Below are positions 1 to 14,329 of a stretch of 64,000 nt of DNA, one piece after another. Under the pieces are notes generated by a model. It saw nothing but the letters and a program-made list of their open reading frames with translations, was not told where the DNA came from and did no database searches. The stretch is from the human T2T-CHM13v2.0 reference genome, Homo sapiens. The stretch is from assembly GCF_009914755.1 (NCBI RefSeq), contig NC_060932.1; one strand, given 5' to 3'. A program made the position numbers and the translations under genes. The stretch's first letter is position 1. The number at the start of each line of letters is the position of its first letter.

Positions 1-369
1 GTCATATGCCCAAGTGGCAGAGAAGTTTACACAACAACCTGGACCTATTGTAGAGCCTTCTCCTGTTCTGGACCCCACTCAAAACTGGCAGCCTTTTGGG
101 CCACTCAATAAATAGGCTGGAGTAACACACCCAGATGAGGAATGTGTTGCCTCCAAATCCAAATAGCCCCACTGGCCATTGTGCTTCTTTCTTGGTTTAG
201 GAGGGGCCAAATGCAGCAACTTATCCTCCACCTTAGAAGGAATATCTAGACAGGCCCCACACGACTGGACCCCTAGAAATTTTACTGAGATTTATTTCCC
301 ATCCTCTGGCATGGATGAGTCTCACCTATAAGTCCAGTGAGTTTGCTTCTTCTTGCCCACTGGATCCAA

Positions 370-910
370 TCAGCATAATGTCATTAATGTAATGGACCAG
401 TGTGATATCTTGCAGAAGAGAAAAGCAATCAAGGTCTCTCCACATAAGATTACTACACAAAGCCGGAGAGTTGATATACCCCTGAGGTAGGACAGTAAAG
501 GTATATTGCTGGCCATGCCAGCAGAAGGCAAATTGCTTCTAGTGGTCCTTATGGACAGGAATGGAGAAAAAGGCATTTGCCAAGTCAATGGCTGCATACT
601 AGGTACCAGCTGGTGTGTTAATTTGCTCAAGCAATGAAACCACATCTGGTACAGCAGCTGCAATTGGAATCACCACTTGGTTAAGTTTATGATAATCCAC
701 TGTCATTCTCCAAGATCCATCTGTCTTCTGCACAGGCCAAATGGGAGAGTTGAATAAGGATTTGGTTGGAATCACTACCCCTGTGTCTTTCAAGTCCTTG
801 ATGGTGGCACTAATCTCCACAATCCCTCCAGAGGTACAATATTGTTTTTGATTTACTATTTTTCTAGGTAGAGGCAGCTCTAATGACTTCCATTTGGCCT
901 TTCCCATCAA
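370..910 (-). pseudogene. HERV-L pol reverse-transcriptase remnant (frameshifted; YIDD changed to YIND)
   Basis: ORF 599-910 gives the RT N-terminus. Reverse complement of 371-400 reads CTGGTCCATTACATTAATGACATTATGCTG = [14 protein letters not shown] lies near 478-490. Confidence 0.9.
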
Positions 911-3071
911 ATAGTCCTCACCCTACCAGTCAAGGAGCCAGTATGGGGGTTCTGCCAGCTGCTATGTATGTCCATGCCAATTATGCATTCTGGCACAGGG
1001 GAAATGGCCACAGGATGAGTCAGGGGACCCACTGGACCCACTCTAAGTCAGACTTGAGCTAAAACTCCATTAATTACTGGACCTCCATAAGCCACTACTT
1101 TAACTGGAGGACCACAATGACGTTTTGGGTCTTCTGGAATCAACCTCAGCTCAGAGCCAGTGTTCAGTATTCCCTGAAATTTCTGCCATTTCCTTTTCCC
1201 CAATGCACAGTTTCCCTGGTAAAAGGCCAGAGGTCTCATTCAGGAAGGATGGAAGAAAGATTCACTGCATAAATTGTTGGAAATGTAGTGGGGTCCTTCC
1301 ACAAGGGGACCCAGCCTCCCTTTCATTCAAGGTTTTCTGGGTATGTGAGCTAGCTCAAGTCTGGAAATTGATTGAGAGGTCATGATTCTTTGTTTTTATA
1401 ATTCAAATTAATCTTTTGTCCATTTAATCTAGAAGATTTCTGCTTGTATAAAAAAAGTAGGAATGCAGTAGGCTTCCTGTCAATTTCACTTCTAGGAACA
1501 CCACGATTAGCCAATGCCAGAGGACTAGATAAATCAGGCTATTCTGACTGCCACTTTGTCTTTTCTGTCCATTACAGTGCCTTTGACGGTGGAGTGCTGC
1601 CACTTGGCTCCTGCCACCTCAGGGTTCAATTATTCTCATTGTATTTAAATGTTGTAGTTGAATGACTGTGGTTCACACTGTTAGATCTGACATACAGAGA
1701 AGAGCAATTACTGGGCTCTTCAAAGATGCAGATGCTGCCCTCACAAATCTATTTCATAAGGCATTGGTTAAGGGTATATCTTCTGGGCCCTCCCAGCTAG
1801 GATGTGTAGATCTAAAGTGACTAATACACTCCAACATCCCAATCTCTCTAAGCCATTGGATCCCTATTCCTACATTAAAACAAGAGAGATCAGGTCTTTC
1901 CAGCTCACTCACAGTGGGCTATCTTTTAATTTGTATTTCAGCTAACCAAGCACATAACCCATTAGAACATTTTTTAACTCCCTGAACTGCAACATTAAAT
2001 GCAGAGTCCCTACTTAGTGAGCCCAAATCAATAAATTAAGCCTGATCCAATTATATGTTCCTTCCACCATTATCCCACACCCTTAATATGCATTCCCATG
2101 CCTGTTCTACAGATCTCTGTTTATATAAATTAGAAAACTAAAGCAGTTCTTTTCAAGTGTAGCACACCTCCTTATGGGTCACACTCTCAACCCCACCTCT
2201 AGGGGCCTGTTGGGACTGTAGTCTAGTTATAGGTCTAGAACAAACAGGGGTGTTTGGGGTGGCTCCTGAGGAGAACTGACATTATCTTTCCTGGCAACTA
2301 CCTCAGAGGAGGTCATCACTGTTGCCTCAGGCAGCGCAGGGTTTATCTCTGCAAAAAAAACGTGGAAAGGCTGATGGCAGTATGGGTCAAGGAGTGGATG
2401 TTGCCATACTTGAGATAGGGAAGCTGTTTCTTCTGGCAAAAATGTTCATCAGAGTTACAAACTCAGTGTCCCCAGCTTCATCAGGGTCCTCCCACACATC
2501 CGCATTCCAAGTTGCTAGGTCCCACTCTTTTCCAATCAATGCCCTCACTTTAATAGTAGACACCTGGTGAGGCTGTACATGCACCTTTCATTACAGGTCA
2601 GCCACTCGCATGATAAGAACTTGTGTCTGTTTTTCCACAATTTCAGCTCTTTCTCTACAGGAGATAAGACTCTCACTCAGGGCAATCTTAGCAGATTTGA
2701 GGCTCAGTATCTGCTTCTGAAGCTGGGAGATAGAATCCCTGAGTTCATCATTGTCTTTCATCACTTTGTCCACTGAACTTAGGAGCAACCAACCAGCTTC
2801 ATTATGTTCCTTGGTTCTTCACATATGGTCAAAGGTATTATGTATAGAGCCTAAAAACTCCTTACCTCTCATGAGGGATGAATCCCGAGTGTCAAACGCA
2901 TTAATTTTACACAACTCTCTAAATAGTTAATACCAAGGACTATCAGTGTTCTCTATACTATTAGAAATAGAGTCCTTAGCATTTTGGGGTCTAATCATCT
3001 TAAGCAGTCAACTCCAGAAACCCCAAAACCAACAAAAGAACTCTATCCTTAATATTCTATTTCTCTAGAAT

Positions 3072-3085
3072 CACTCCTGGTACCA
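3072..3085 (-). promoter_or_regulatory. Primer-binding site complementary to tRNA-Leu (TAA-type) 3' end
   Basis: The minus strand reads TGGTACCAGGAGTG 5 nt downstream of the 5' LTR. This is complementary to the tRNA-Leu 3' end ...CACTCCTGGTACCA. Confidence 0.85.
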
Positions 3086-3090
3086 AAACC

Positions 3091-3532
3091 TGTATTAGTC
3101 CAGGTACTCTAGAGGGACAGAACTGATGGAATATATATATAAAGGGGAGATTATTAAGTATCAACTCACATGATCACAAGGTCCCTCAATAGGCCATCTG
3201 CAGGATGAGGAGCAAGTAGAGCCAATCCGAGCTCCCAAAACTGAATATCCTGGAGTCTGATGTTTGAGGGAAGGAAGTATTCAGCACAGTAGAAAGATGT
3301 ACGCTGGGAGGCTAGGCTAGTCTCATCTTTTCACATTTTCCCGCCTGCTTATATTCTAGCCATGCTGGCAGCTGATTAGATTATGCCCACCCAGATTAAG
3401 GGTGAGTCTACCATTTTAAGCCCACAGACTCAAATGTTAATCACCTTTGGCAACACCCTCACAGATACACCCAGGTTGAATACTTTGTATCCTTCAATCC
3501 AACCAAGTTGACACTCAGTATTAACCATGACA
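3091..3532 (-). mobile_element. MLT2A1-type 5' LTR of the HERV-L provirus (442 bp)
   Basis: Minus strand begins TGTCATGGTTAATACTGAGTGTCAACTTG and ends GGACTAATACA (TG...CA). It abuts the PBS, and its length fits MLT2A1 rather than MLT2A2. Confidence 0.9.
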
Positions 3533-4035
3533 GTCTGGTTCCCAAAAAAAAGGAAAAAGAAAAATAAATGAGGCGAGGGTGCTTGTCCTTTAAATCCTCT
3601 TGAAGTCACTTTAGTCAGAGGGGAGGTACTTGCAAGAATAAAAGTAGGGTACATAAATGGCTGCCCACCTCTGCGTCTACACCTACTTGATAAGAAACAC
3701 AAATCAGAACACAGATCTCCAATTTCATGAAGGACAATGTTCCTATGTTCACTCGGATTAGCACAAGCTACATGGAAGTGACTTCTAAGATGCATGCGCA
3801 GCTGCTTGTCATGGGACTGGAAAGTGCAGAATAAAGTTGCTGCTACTGAGCTAAGGGCTATAATTGACCTAAATTAACCACAATTTACTATCCACACTGT
3901 TTCCTGGAAGTTGCAATCTTTAATAGACTCCAGAATTCCAAAATAGTTTCATTAGACAGATTCTGCTTGTGTAGTTGTTGGCTAGGTGCGGAGAAAAATG
4001 ACTGGTGCTTCCTACTTTACCATCTTCCCAGAATC
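3533..4035 (-). mobile_element. Ancient L1M 5' UTR fragment (host of the HERV-L insertion)
   Basis: Minus strand starts GATTCTGGGAAGATGG...GTAGGAAGCACCAG. The plus-strand run AGACTCCAGAATTCCAAAATAGTT..AGACAGATTCTGC resembles L1M 5' ends. Confidence 0.6.
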
Positions 4036-4072
4036 TGTTTAAATATTGTAATTAGCTTTTGGCATTTACTGT

Positions 4073-4213
4073 AGGAAGAGAGAGACAGGAAAGAAGGAAG
4101 GGGGAAGAAAGGAAGGAAAAAAGGAAGGAAGGAAGGGAGGGAGGGAGGGAGGGGAGGGGAGGGGAGAAGGAGAAGGGAAGGAAGAAGGAAGAAATAAAGA
4201 AGAAAGAAAGGAA
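4073..4213 (+). repeat. Purine-rich (GGAA/GGGA)n low-complexity tract
   Basis: About 140 bp composed almost entirely of A and G. Confidence 0.95.
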
Positions 4214-4269
4214 ATATGTTAAGATTTAAATTGAAATTGCAATACATTTATAGGAGATTCTAAAGATAG

Positions 4270-5400
4270 ATCTTTAAAATATCAAGTCATTAAATTATAA
4301 ATAAAACATATCCTTTATTAACTTAGGTCTTTTAAAAATTATCTCAAACATATTTTGTGGATTTTAGAGAAAAGATTATATATGCTTTTTGTTAGAATTA
4401 TTCCTAGACGTTCGATTTTAATTGTATAATGAATTATATATATTCACTTCTTAAAATATTTCTGGATAATATATGGAAGTGGAATCAAGGTTTGCATAAT
4501 GAAGATTTGTTTACTGATGTCGATTGATTCTTATTTTCAACTAAGTTTCTTCCTTTTTCAATTTTCTAGGTGCACATTATTTTATCTGCAAATAATGACA
4601 ATAATCTTTTTTCCACTTTAATTTTCATGTCTTCATCATAAATATGTTTTCTCTATTTCATAAGACAGTACCTTCAGTACAATGTTGCAGAGAAGTGGTA
4701 GCCATGGACATTATTCTCAGTGGAAATCTTTTCAGATTTCATCTTTGAGTCTGATGTTTTCTATAAGATTTCATGCAGATATCCTCAATCACAAGAAATA
4801 AATTCTAATGTTTTCTTAGTTGATAACAGCTTTTATACATAAATGGGTGATTTTTAAAAATGCTATTTGTGCTTTTTGTAGATTAATTTATTTAATAATT
4901 TTAAAGTTTTATATTTTTGATTTGTCTATAATTTTATTTTCCTATAATAGTCTTGTCACATTTTATCATTAATATTTTCCTAGCTCTACATAAAGAGTTT
5001 GAAAATATTTATAATGTTTTATTCTCTGGGACAAATTGTTTCAAAAATATTATTATTTCTTTCTTAAATATTCAGATTAATTCACAAGTAAAGCCACCAG
5101 TGCTTGAGATATGCTTCATGGGGCAAGTTTCCTTAATAGATTTTGTTACCTTTGTAGACTTATCTGCTTATCAGATTTTGTGTTTCTCTTTCTGTCAGCT
5201 TTGCTAAGTTTTGTGTCTATGTGTGTTTTTACTATTTTGTCCCTTTCATTAAAAATGTCAAAATTAGTGCCTCAAGAATTGTTCATAACATCTATGATAT
5301 TCCGATATTAATAATTTCTGTCTGTATTAATGTCCTCTTTTTTATTCCTGATGTTGATAACTTAGATTTATGTTCTCTCTCTCTGTCCCTATACTTCTGT
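4270..5400 (-). mobile_element. Highly diverged L1M (L1ME-like) ORF2 fragments
   Basis: T-rich sequence with L1 ORF2 antisense motifs such as ATCTGCAAATAATGACA, AGTACAATGTTG..AGAAGTGGT and AATTCACAAGTAAAGCCA. Confidence 0.6.
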
Positions 5401-5690
5401 ATTTCACTCTTCCATTTATTTCAGACTGAAACCGACCTACATTTTATCTACAACAGATATTGAAAAAAGTAGCTCATTTCTTCTTACTCACTTCAGTTAC
5501 AACAGGCAAGAAGCCTCTTCATCAAAAGTCACACCAGTCCTGTGTCTCATCTCTCCTTACAGGTGTGTCTCTTTTTATGTCTATATTACTTGGTTCATGT
5601 AAAGTATCAGCATTCTGAAGGGTTCATGAAAAATGACTATTTTGTATTTTGTCTGGATTTTTTTTCTCATTGTGTTAATATTTTTTTTTC

Positions 5691-6044
5691 TTCTCTTAGT
5701 GTTAGTATCTTCCTTTCCCTGAAAGAAAACCGCACATCATCAAGAGTCCTGGCAGAAAGCTTGCTGTCAGCTTTCAGGGCCAGATATTCATGGGTTTCTA
5801 GGGGCCCCTAGGAGGGCCACTGGTGTGAGAGAATTCCCCTCCTAGTGCCTACTAAATGCCTGCCTGCAAACTTCTCTTAGTGTTAACATCTTCCTTTCCC
5901 TGAAAACAAATAAAAAAAACCCAAACAAACAAAAAACACACCAGTCATCAAGAGTCCTGGCACCATGCTTGTTGTCAGCTTTCAGGGCCAGATATTCCTA
6001 GGTTTCTACCAGTCCCTAGGAGGGCCACTGGCATGAGATAATTC
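5691..6044. repeat. Local tandem duplication, two diverged copies of ~150-175 bp
   Basis: TTCTCTTAGTGTTA..TCTTCCTTTCCCTGAAA..TCATCAAGAGTCCTGGCA..TGTCAGCTTTCAGGGCCAGATATTC..CCCTAGGAGGGCCACTGG occurs at ~5691-5836 and ~5872-6044. Confidence 0.9.
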
Positions 6045-6574
6045 TTAGTCTGGGAGAAATATTTTTGAAATTTTTTATATTCTATGCAGAGGCAAAACTC
6101 CAGCAGCATAGAAATTAAAATCCCAATTCTAATCTCAATTTCAATTTTTTTAAAGCAAAACTGAAGATCTCATTGTGAATTCAGAGTTGCAGAATCATTG
6201 AGCTAGGAAAATGCAGCCGAAAAAATTCTCACATGCTCATATAACTTTTCTCCCTTACTTCTAAATATTTTTGATTGGAAAGGCATACTAAAAATCTATT
6301 GGTAGGCTCTTCTGTGTTTTCAAAGCTGTTATTTTGTTGGCCTTTTATATATTTCTAGTGAATAATTTGTATGTGATGTAGAAGCAGGTGCTTGTAAATG
6401 AAAAGCTCAGTCCTGTTTCAATAAGGACAAATAATTTATGAGCATGTCTTTTGTGTGTGGCAATATTGTAAGCCCTAGGGATAAACAAGATTCCTACTTT
6501 AACAGAGTATATATTCTTGCTGTTAGAGTCAGAAAACAAAATATATACCTACAAGTAGAAGTTTAAAATAATTT

Positions 6575-6725
6575 TTAGGTATATCTCCTAATGCTATCCC
6601 TAATGCAAATGACGAGTTAATGGCTGCAGCACATCAACATGGCACATGTATACATATGTAACAAACCTGAACATTGTGCACATGTACCCTAAAACTTAAA
6701 GTATAATAAAAAAATAAAATAAAAT
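6575..6725 (+). mobile_element. Very short L1PA 3'-end insertion with 5' inversion
   Basis: 6601-6710 is the L1PA terminus TAATG.AAATGACGAGTTAATGG...AAAACTTAAAGTATAATAAA. 6575-6600 is the reverse complement of the L1 segment immediately upstream of it. Confidence 0.9.
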
Positions 6726-7607
6726 ATTTTTGAGCAGAGGTACCTACTATTTAACAACAACAACAACGACAATGAAAACAAAAATAAAAACCAAACAAGT
6801 GACATCATGGAGAAGGATGGAGTGAGGAAGTTCTAATTGTGTTGTAGTAGCGTCAGAATATCTTATTAAAAATAGTTTTTAAGCAGACACCTGCATAATG
6901 TAAAGAAATATTTGTAAAACCTGTGGAAGGGTGACAGAGAAAGCATAGAACAGAAGTCAGGGTGTCTGGATTGTAGTCAGGGAGGTAAGGAGAAATAGGA
7001 GATAAAGCGAGATAGGCTTCATAGGTCATATACAGTCATGCAGGTATATATAAAGAGGTTACAGAGTTTAAGAAAGTTAGTGACTGCATAAAATCTATAA
7101 GGTAGGATAAATGAAAGAACTCACAAGAGTCCACAGAATACTGTAAGGATACAACAGAACATTAATCGTGTTTTTTTTTGTAGGTGATAAGATTACAAGT
7201 TTTCATTCCCTTTCATAATTTCCTGTATATTACAAATATTCTACCATAAATATTATCTCATTAAAATTAGAAAACAATGTTATAAATAGGAATGTATACA
7301 TAAAATGATTGTTAGCTATGAGTGCTAAAAACTATTTTGTATACAACTTCTAAACACTATTTAGAAAGTTAAATTTACCAATGTTTTTTTCAAAATGGAA
7401 TTAATTCTGCAAATCTGACAGATTTTTAGGCCTTTTAATCACCTCATTCACAGTAAGATTTCTATATCCCTGTATGATCTTTTTATGATGAAATTAATTT
7501 ATCTGAAATTAATTATATTTAGCTAATCAAGAAGGATAAACAAGATACAATACAGAAAAATATTACTAGTTCAATTATTTTAATGGAAACCAGAGTAATC
7601 AAATTTT

Positions 7608-9348
<1,741 letters not shown>

Positions 9349-10654
9349 CAGAGTAATCAAATTTTAAATACGAATAGAAGAAAAAGCAAAAAGCATGCAC
9401 ACAAATTACAAACCGAGAACTTATCATTTCTTGTAGTCTTAAAAAAGGTGCTGTCATTATGCTGAAGCTCACCTGTAGCCATTAAGCATCCATCAGTCCC
9501 CTTCTGTCATTAAGATATGACTTTCGTAAGCACTGTAGTGTTGTGAAACTATTACTATTACTGTAGCCTAGGACATAATGTGATGATTTTGATACCATTC
9601 TTGGTCCATATTAGAAACTGTTGTTGTTCAAAGGACTATTTTTAGTGGATTTCCTTTTGATGCTAAAATTTTATCAAGTGGCAACATCATATGAATGAAA
9701 ATAAAGGATTATATAGGGAAAAGGAAACCTGAGCTGAGCAATGTTACAGCTGAAAATATTCAAATCAGTTGGAATATCTTGATCTCATCACTGTTATTAG
9801 GATGCAATTTTCTGTAGTAAGATAGTGGTGACAGTGTAATCAAAGAATGAGCAATGTCTGGGCTCACACATGCCTGATCATATGCCCAGTTGTCTTAATT
9901 TTTGCAGTGTTAATTTGACGATGGTTGTCAGGTGATCACAGTGTTAGACAGAACATGCACAGTTTACACCCTCTTCAAGAGTTTAATGAAAACCAGTGTA
10001 ATTCTTGCCAGAATCTTCTTAGAAGAACGCCAAACCATTTCCCTTTAACAGCCTATTTAGAGATTTATATCAGATGGAATTCACCTTTATATTTTCTTTC
10101 CCAGAATATCGACAGTGACAATGGGAATGCCATTTTCTTTCACTTGGAGAGAAAAACTGATAAATAATATGTACTTATACTTTTATGTTGCAATAACATT
10201 TGGAATCAATTATACAATTAATTATGAAATATTCCTATTTTTGTTTATTTAACCAAAAATAACCAACCTATTATAATAGTGTATATATTTTTCTAATAGT
10301 TTGCCAGTGATACACTTCTTTTCATAAGATGAGAACCACTGATGTTATCTTCTTGGACAAGCCTTTCAGATTGATTCATTTTGATTCTATCTAATAAATG
10401 AAAAATATAATCGTTTATAATAAATCAATCATCTTTCCTAAAATTACTGAAAACACAACTACAGTCACAAGATGGTTTAAATCTTCAGCTCATTTCTCTG
10501 TTCTTGCACATTTTTAGATAAAGGGGACTATAATGAACAGTAATTCTTACTTTGCCAGGAACTACCACAATAGCTGTGTCACAAATACGACTTTATTATA
10601 TATAACACAGATCTTTAGGAGATATACATGTAGATATTAATATAGATAAATAGC

Positions 10655-10762
10655 ATATATACACACACACATATATATATACACACACACACTATATATA
10701 TATATATGTATATATATATATACACACACACACACACATACATATACACATACACACGTATA
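10655..10762. repeat. Compound (TA)n/(CA)n microsatellite
   Basis: Direct reading of the sequence. Confidence 0.95.
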
Positions 10763-11169
10763 TGCAGGATAACACCAGAATAGTATACTCTATTGTTTTT
10801 GAACTGCTCTGAAATACAGTTACCTATAATAAGCTCACCTTGGCAAAAGGGCATGATTTTCAAGTTCAAGTATTCAAGTTCAAAGAAACAATTTACTGAC
10901 CCTCATTTCTACAGCCATTAAAAATATTGGCATCTTACCCTCCAACTAATATCCTGAAAATCTTATAATTTTTGCAGGGAGTGTTGTCAGTGAAAAGACA
11001 AATTGAGTTTGATAATATATTAAAATTAATTGTTTTTAAAGATTATCTGCCCATTTAGATTTTATATTGTTGCCTGTTTTTCACAAAAGGAAATATAATA
11101 ATTTTATATCGCTTTTTCCAGGGGACAGCTTAACTATATCTTAAAAATTAAATAAAATAATTTTGGGAT

Positions 11170-11665
11170 CATTTTATAGCTTTTATTTCTCTCTTTATGG
11201 TGTTGATACTTTCCTTTAAACTTATGAACCAATAAAAATTAGTCACAATTACTGTTTGAATGTCTGTTTACATATATATATATATGCATCATTTTTTTCT
11301 ATCTTTCTATGATTTTTCTCCTTCTTATGGGTTATATTTTCCTTCTTTTTATATTTGGTAATTTTAGATTGTATATAATTCATGTTATTAATAAATGTAA
11401 AAATGGAATCTAGTTTTATTTTTTTACAGATGACCAGGGACTTGTCTTAACATTTTACTGTCTTTAGACAGACATCATCCCACTGGCTTATCAACGGTTA
11501 TCATAATTTCATAATTAACAATCTAATAAAATCCATTGTCCTGTGCTGCTTGTTGTCCAATATCTACAAACCATTGCTTAATATATACATTTTTTTTCTT
11601 AGTTCTGTTAGGCAGGGGGGCAAATCCAGTTCCTATTGCTCAATCTTGGCCAGGAGCAGAAGTCT
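11170..11665 (-). mobile_element. Ancient L1ME-type 5' end/ORF1 fragment
   Basis: Minus strand begins GACTTCTGCTCCTGGCCAAGATTG..ATAGGAACTGGATTTGCCCC, typical of L1ME 5' ends. Confidence 0.55.
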
Positions 11666-14194
11666 AAGTGAGATTTAATACCAAGGAACAATTCCAAATT
11701 TTACCAACCAATCCATTACACCTAGTCAGCCACTGAGTTAGCATACTTTCCCACACTCGTGTCACCTAGATAACTCTTACTCATTATTAAAGCTTTAAGA
11801 AAGCAAAACTTTCACAATAGTGTTTTCTAGCATGTGAGCACATTTCTAATTTACTGGTTATTAATATGCACTAATTATCAGAGTTTTTCCCCTTCTCTTT
11901 GATTAGATACTGATTTTCAGATATTTTCCAATAGTTCCCAAAAATTTGTATCAGTAACAACAACAATGGAAATGACAATGAAATCACCTTGGGGGACAAA
12001 ATTTATGTCACATTACCAACTTTTTATTTTGCTCCATGAAAACTTTATAATCATCATTCATCATCATTATTAAAATTAAAACAAGGCTTTCAATCTCAAA
12101 AATATTTATGTAATTTATTAAATTTAACGTTATGAAATAATTCTTTACAGAATTATTTTTAGGTTCTTTAGCATAGATTAATATTTGATCATTATGTCTT
12201 TCAGTGATTTGAGACCGCAGACTATGTTATTTATCTCTGTAGCCCAGTACATGCCCAATGCATAGTAAAAGGTAGATTTTCCAAAAGTTTGTTGAAAAAA
12301 TGAAAATATGCATGTGATTAACAGAATTGAAAATTTTAAGTTACCCCTTAATTCTAAGGGAAAATTGGATACTTTTAAGCAGAATTTCCAAAACTCGCTA
12401 AGGTGTCAGCTTTCATTTTCTTATTGAGAGAAATAGGGGTCTCTAAAATTCTTCCAAGCTCTTCAAGCTTCTATGTTTGTGATATGTCAATCATTTTAAT
12501 CCTTATCATTTTCAAGTTTTGCTCAACTATTTGAGGTGATAAGTCCATTTTTTAAGATTACAGATTTTATATAATATACTGTGTATTTTAAGAAATAAGT
12601 TATTGATAAATGATAGTCATATCAATTTAATTTGATTTTCATTAAATAAACATGAGTCACAACTTCAAATGTATTAATTCATCAAATAAGTGTTAAGATA
12701 TTTATATAATATTGCCTAAAATTTTTTCTTATGCTTTAAAACAGTTTTCCAAAATGATGCCAAGGGAAGACAATAGAAAAGAAAAAGAGAATCTTAATGT
12801 AATTCCAAAGTAAAAGGAGGCTCCATGTACAAGATATTTGGGAAAACTAATTCACCATTATAGATTCAAATATATGGCTGTATGTATGAGATACCTGGAA
12901 TGTAAACCAAATCATAAGAAGTGGTTTTCTGGAACAGAAGAATCTGTTGTACATTCTACCTATGGAAAAATATAAAATCTTAGTTCACTGAAAATTTGCT
13001 TCATTGCCCTCTGATGGTTTGTGCCTGCCCAATCCATAGGTCCCCAGTTAAGTATGATTCTATCATCTATACATCAGAGGAGAAAGTGCCTGTGTGCTAT
13101 GTTGATAGTCATTCTAAACAAACATTTATACAGTTGAGATCAGAGATAGAAAATGTCAGTTCCAAATCCACCCATGATGGCACATATTCCAGACAGATGA
13201 CAAAGTCTGGCTGAGGTTATAAAGGCTTGTGAAATACTTGAATCATATTTTGCAACCCTTGAAAGAATTCAAGTTGGAGATTAGCAGAAACCAGGCTCAG
13301 TTCTGTCCGTAATCCCCTTTATCTGTCTTCTAGCCAACAAAATGAAAACCTTAAAGCCAAACTGACAAATAGAGTGTGAAGGGCCTTCTCCTGCATTAAA
13401 GAAAAGACTGAGACTGCTATATGTGGAAAATTGTTTTTTATATTACTATTATTTTTGTTGTTGATGTTAATTGTAGAAATAATGAAAAAACCCTAAATGA
13501 CAATATTCTGCTGAATATTTATTAGATGTAACAGTTAGCAAATTAACTCCCTTAATGTTACATTAGACATATAACATGGAAATATGCACAAAGAATGTAA
13601 ATCAGTATAAAGACAAATGACTCTGTGACACAGAAATTTATTTAAGTCCTGACTATTGGATCCATTAAGATATAAAAGTTTTAGGCACAGTCCTTCTGCT
13701 GGAAGTAAAACTGAGAAGTCAATGAAAACAAAGGAGAGAGGATGCCAGTTAATTTGATATAAAGTAGGAGATCGTTCTATGCATATGGGAACTCTGTGAA
13801 GTTGCGTGTAGAAAAAAGCGGTGCTAGTGATGGTTTAAACTATATTCTAATCAAAAACAGATATTTCAAGAGAGATGGAGGGTATAGTGAATGCAAGATT
13901 CATATTATTTAAGTTAGTGATATACCAAAAACAAACTAACAAGCAAACAAAAAGGCCAAGCATTCAGTCAATAAAACAGGCTGAGCTGATGCTAGAAATT
14001 CCTTCTCTCATCTAAACACATAAAGTGACCAAAACATGGCAACATAAAAAAAAAAAAATAACAAACAGTAACTGAACAAGCTTAGGAAGAGAAATGGAGA
14101 AATTTGTGATCCAAGAATTTAAGGGGAAAAGCAAATTCAACATTGAAGTAATACTTAATAATTCAAGGGGGAACTGGAAATAAGAGGACTGGAG

Positions 14195-14329
14195 GTTTTT
14201 TCTCTTTCTTTTAAGACAGGGTCTGGCTCTATTACACAGGCTGGAGTAGAGTGGTGCAATCTCAAGCGATCCTCCCACCTCAGCCCCCCAAGTAGTTGGG
14301 ACCACAGGTACATGCAACCACGCCCAATT
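14195..14329 (-). mobile_element. Old Alu monomer (FRAM-like or truncated AluJ right arm) with internal deletion
   Basis: AGACAGGGTCTGGCTCT..CAGGCTGGAGTAGAGTGG..CTCAAGCGATCCTCCCACCTCAGCC. Flanked by an approximate TSD, ATAAGAGGACTGGA / ATAAGACTGGA. Confidence 0.85.

Larger units (their letters stand above)
1..3090 (-). mobile_element. HERV-L (ERVL) internal region, degenerate gag-pro-pol; continues beyond the left edge of the window
   Basis: Minus-strand ORF fragments: LLSSVDKVMKDNDELRDSISQLQKQILSLK and KVRALIGKEWDLATWNADVWEDPDEAG (ERVL gag); GILNTGSELRLIP (protease, DTG motif changed to NTG); [31 protein letters not shown] and VHYINDIML (RT). Many stops and frameshifts. Confidence 0.96.

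Noticed and set aside
12996-13214. 72-aa ORF with protein-like composition as a possible exon
   Set aside because: It has a non-ATG start, no recognisable homology and no convincing flanking splice pair.
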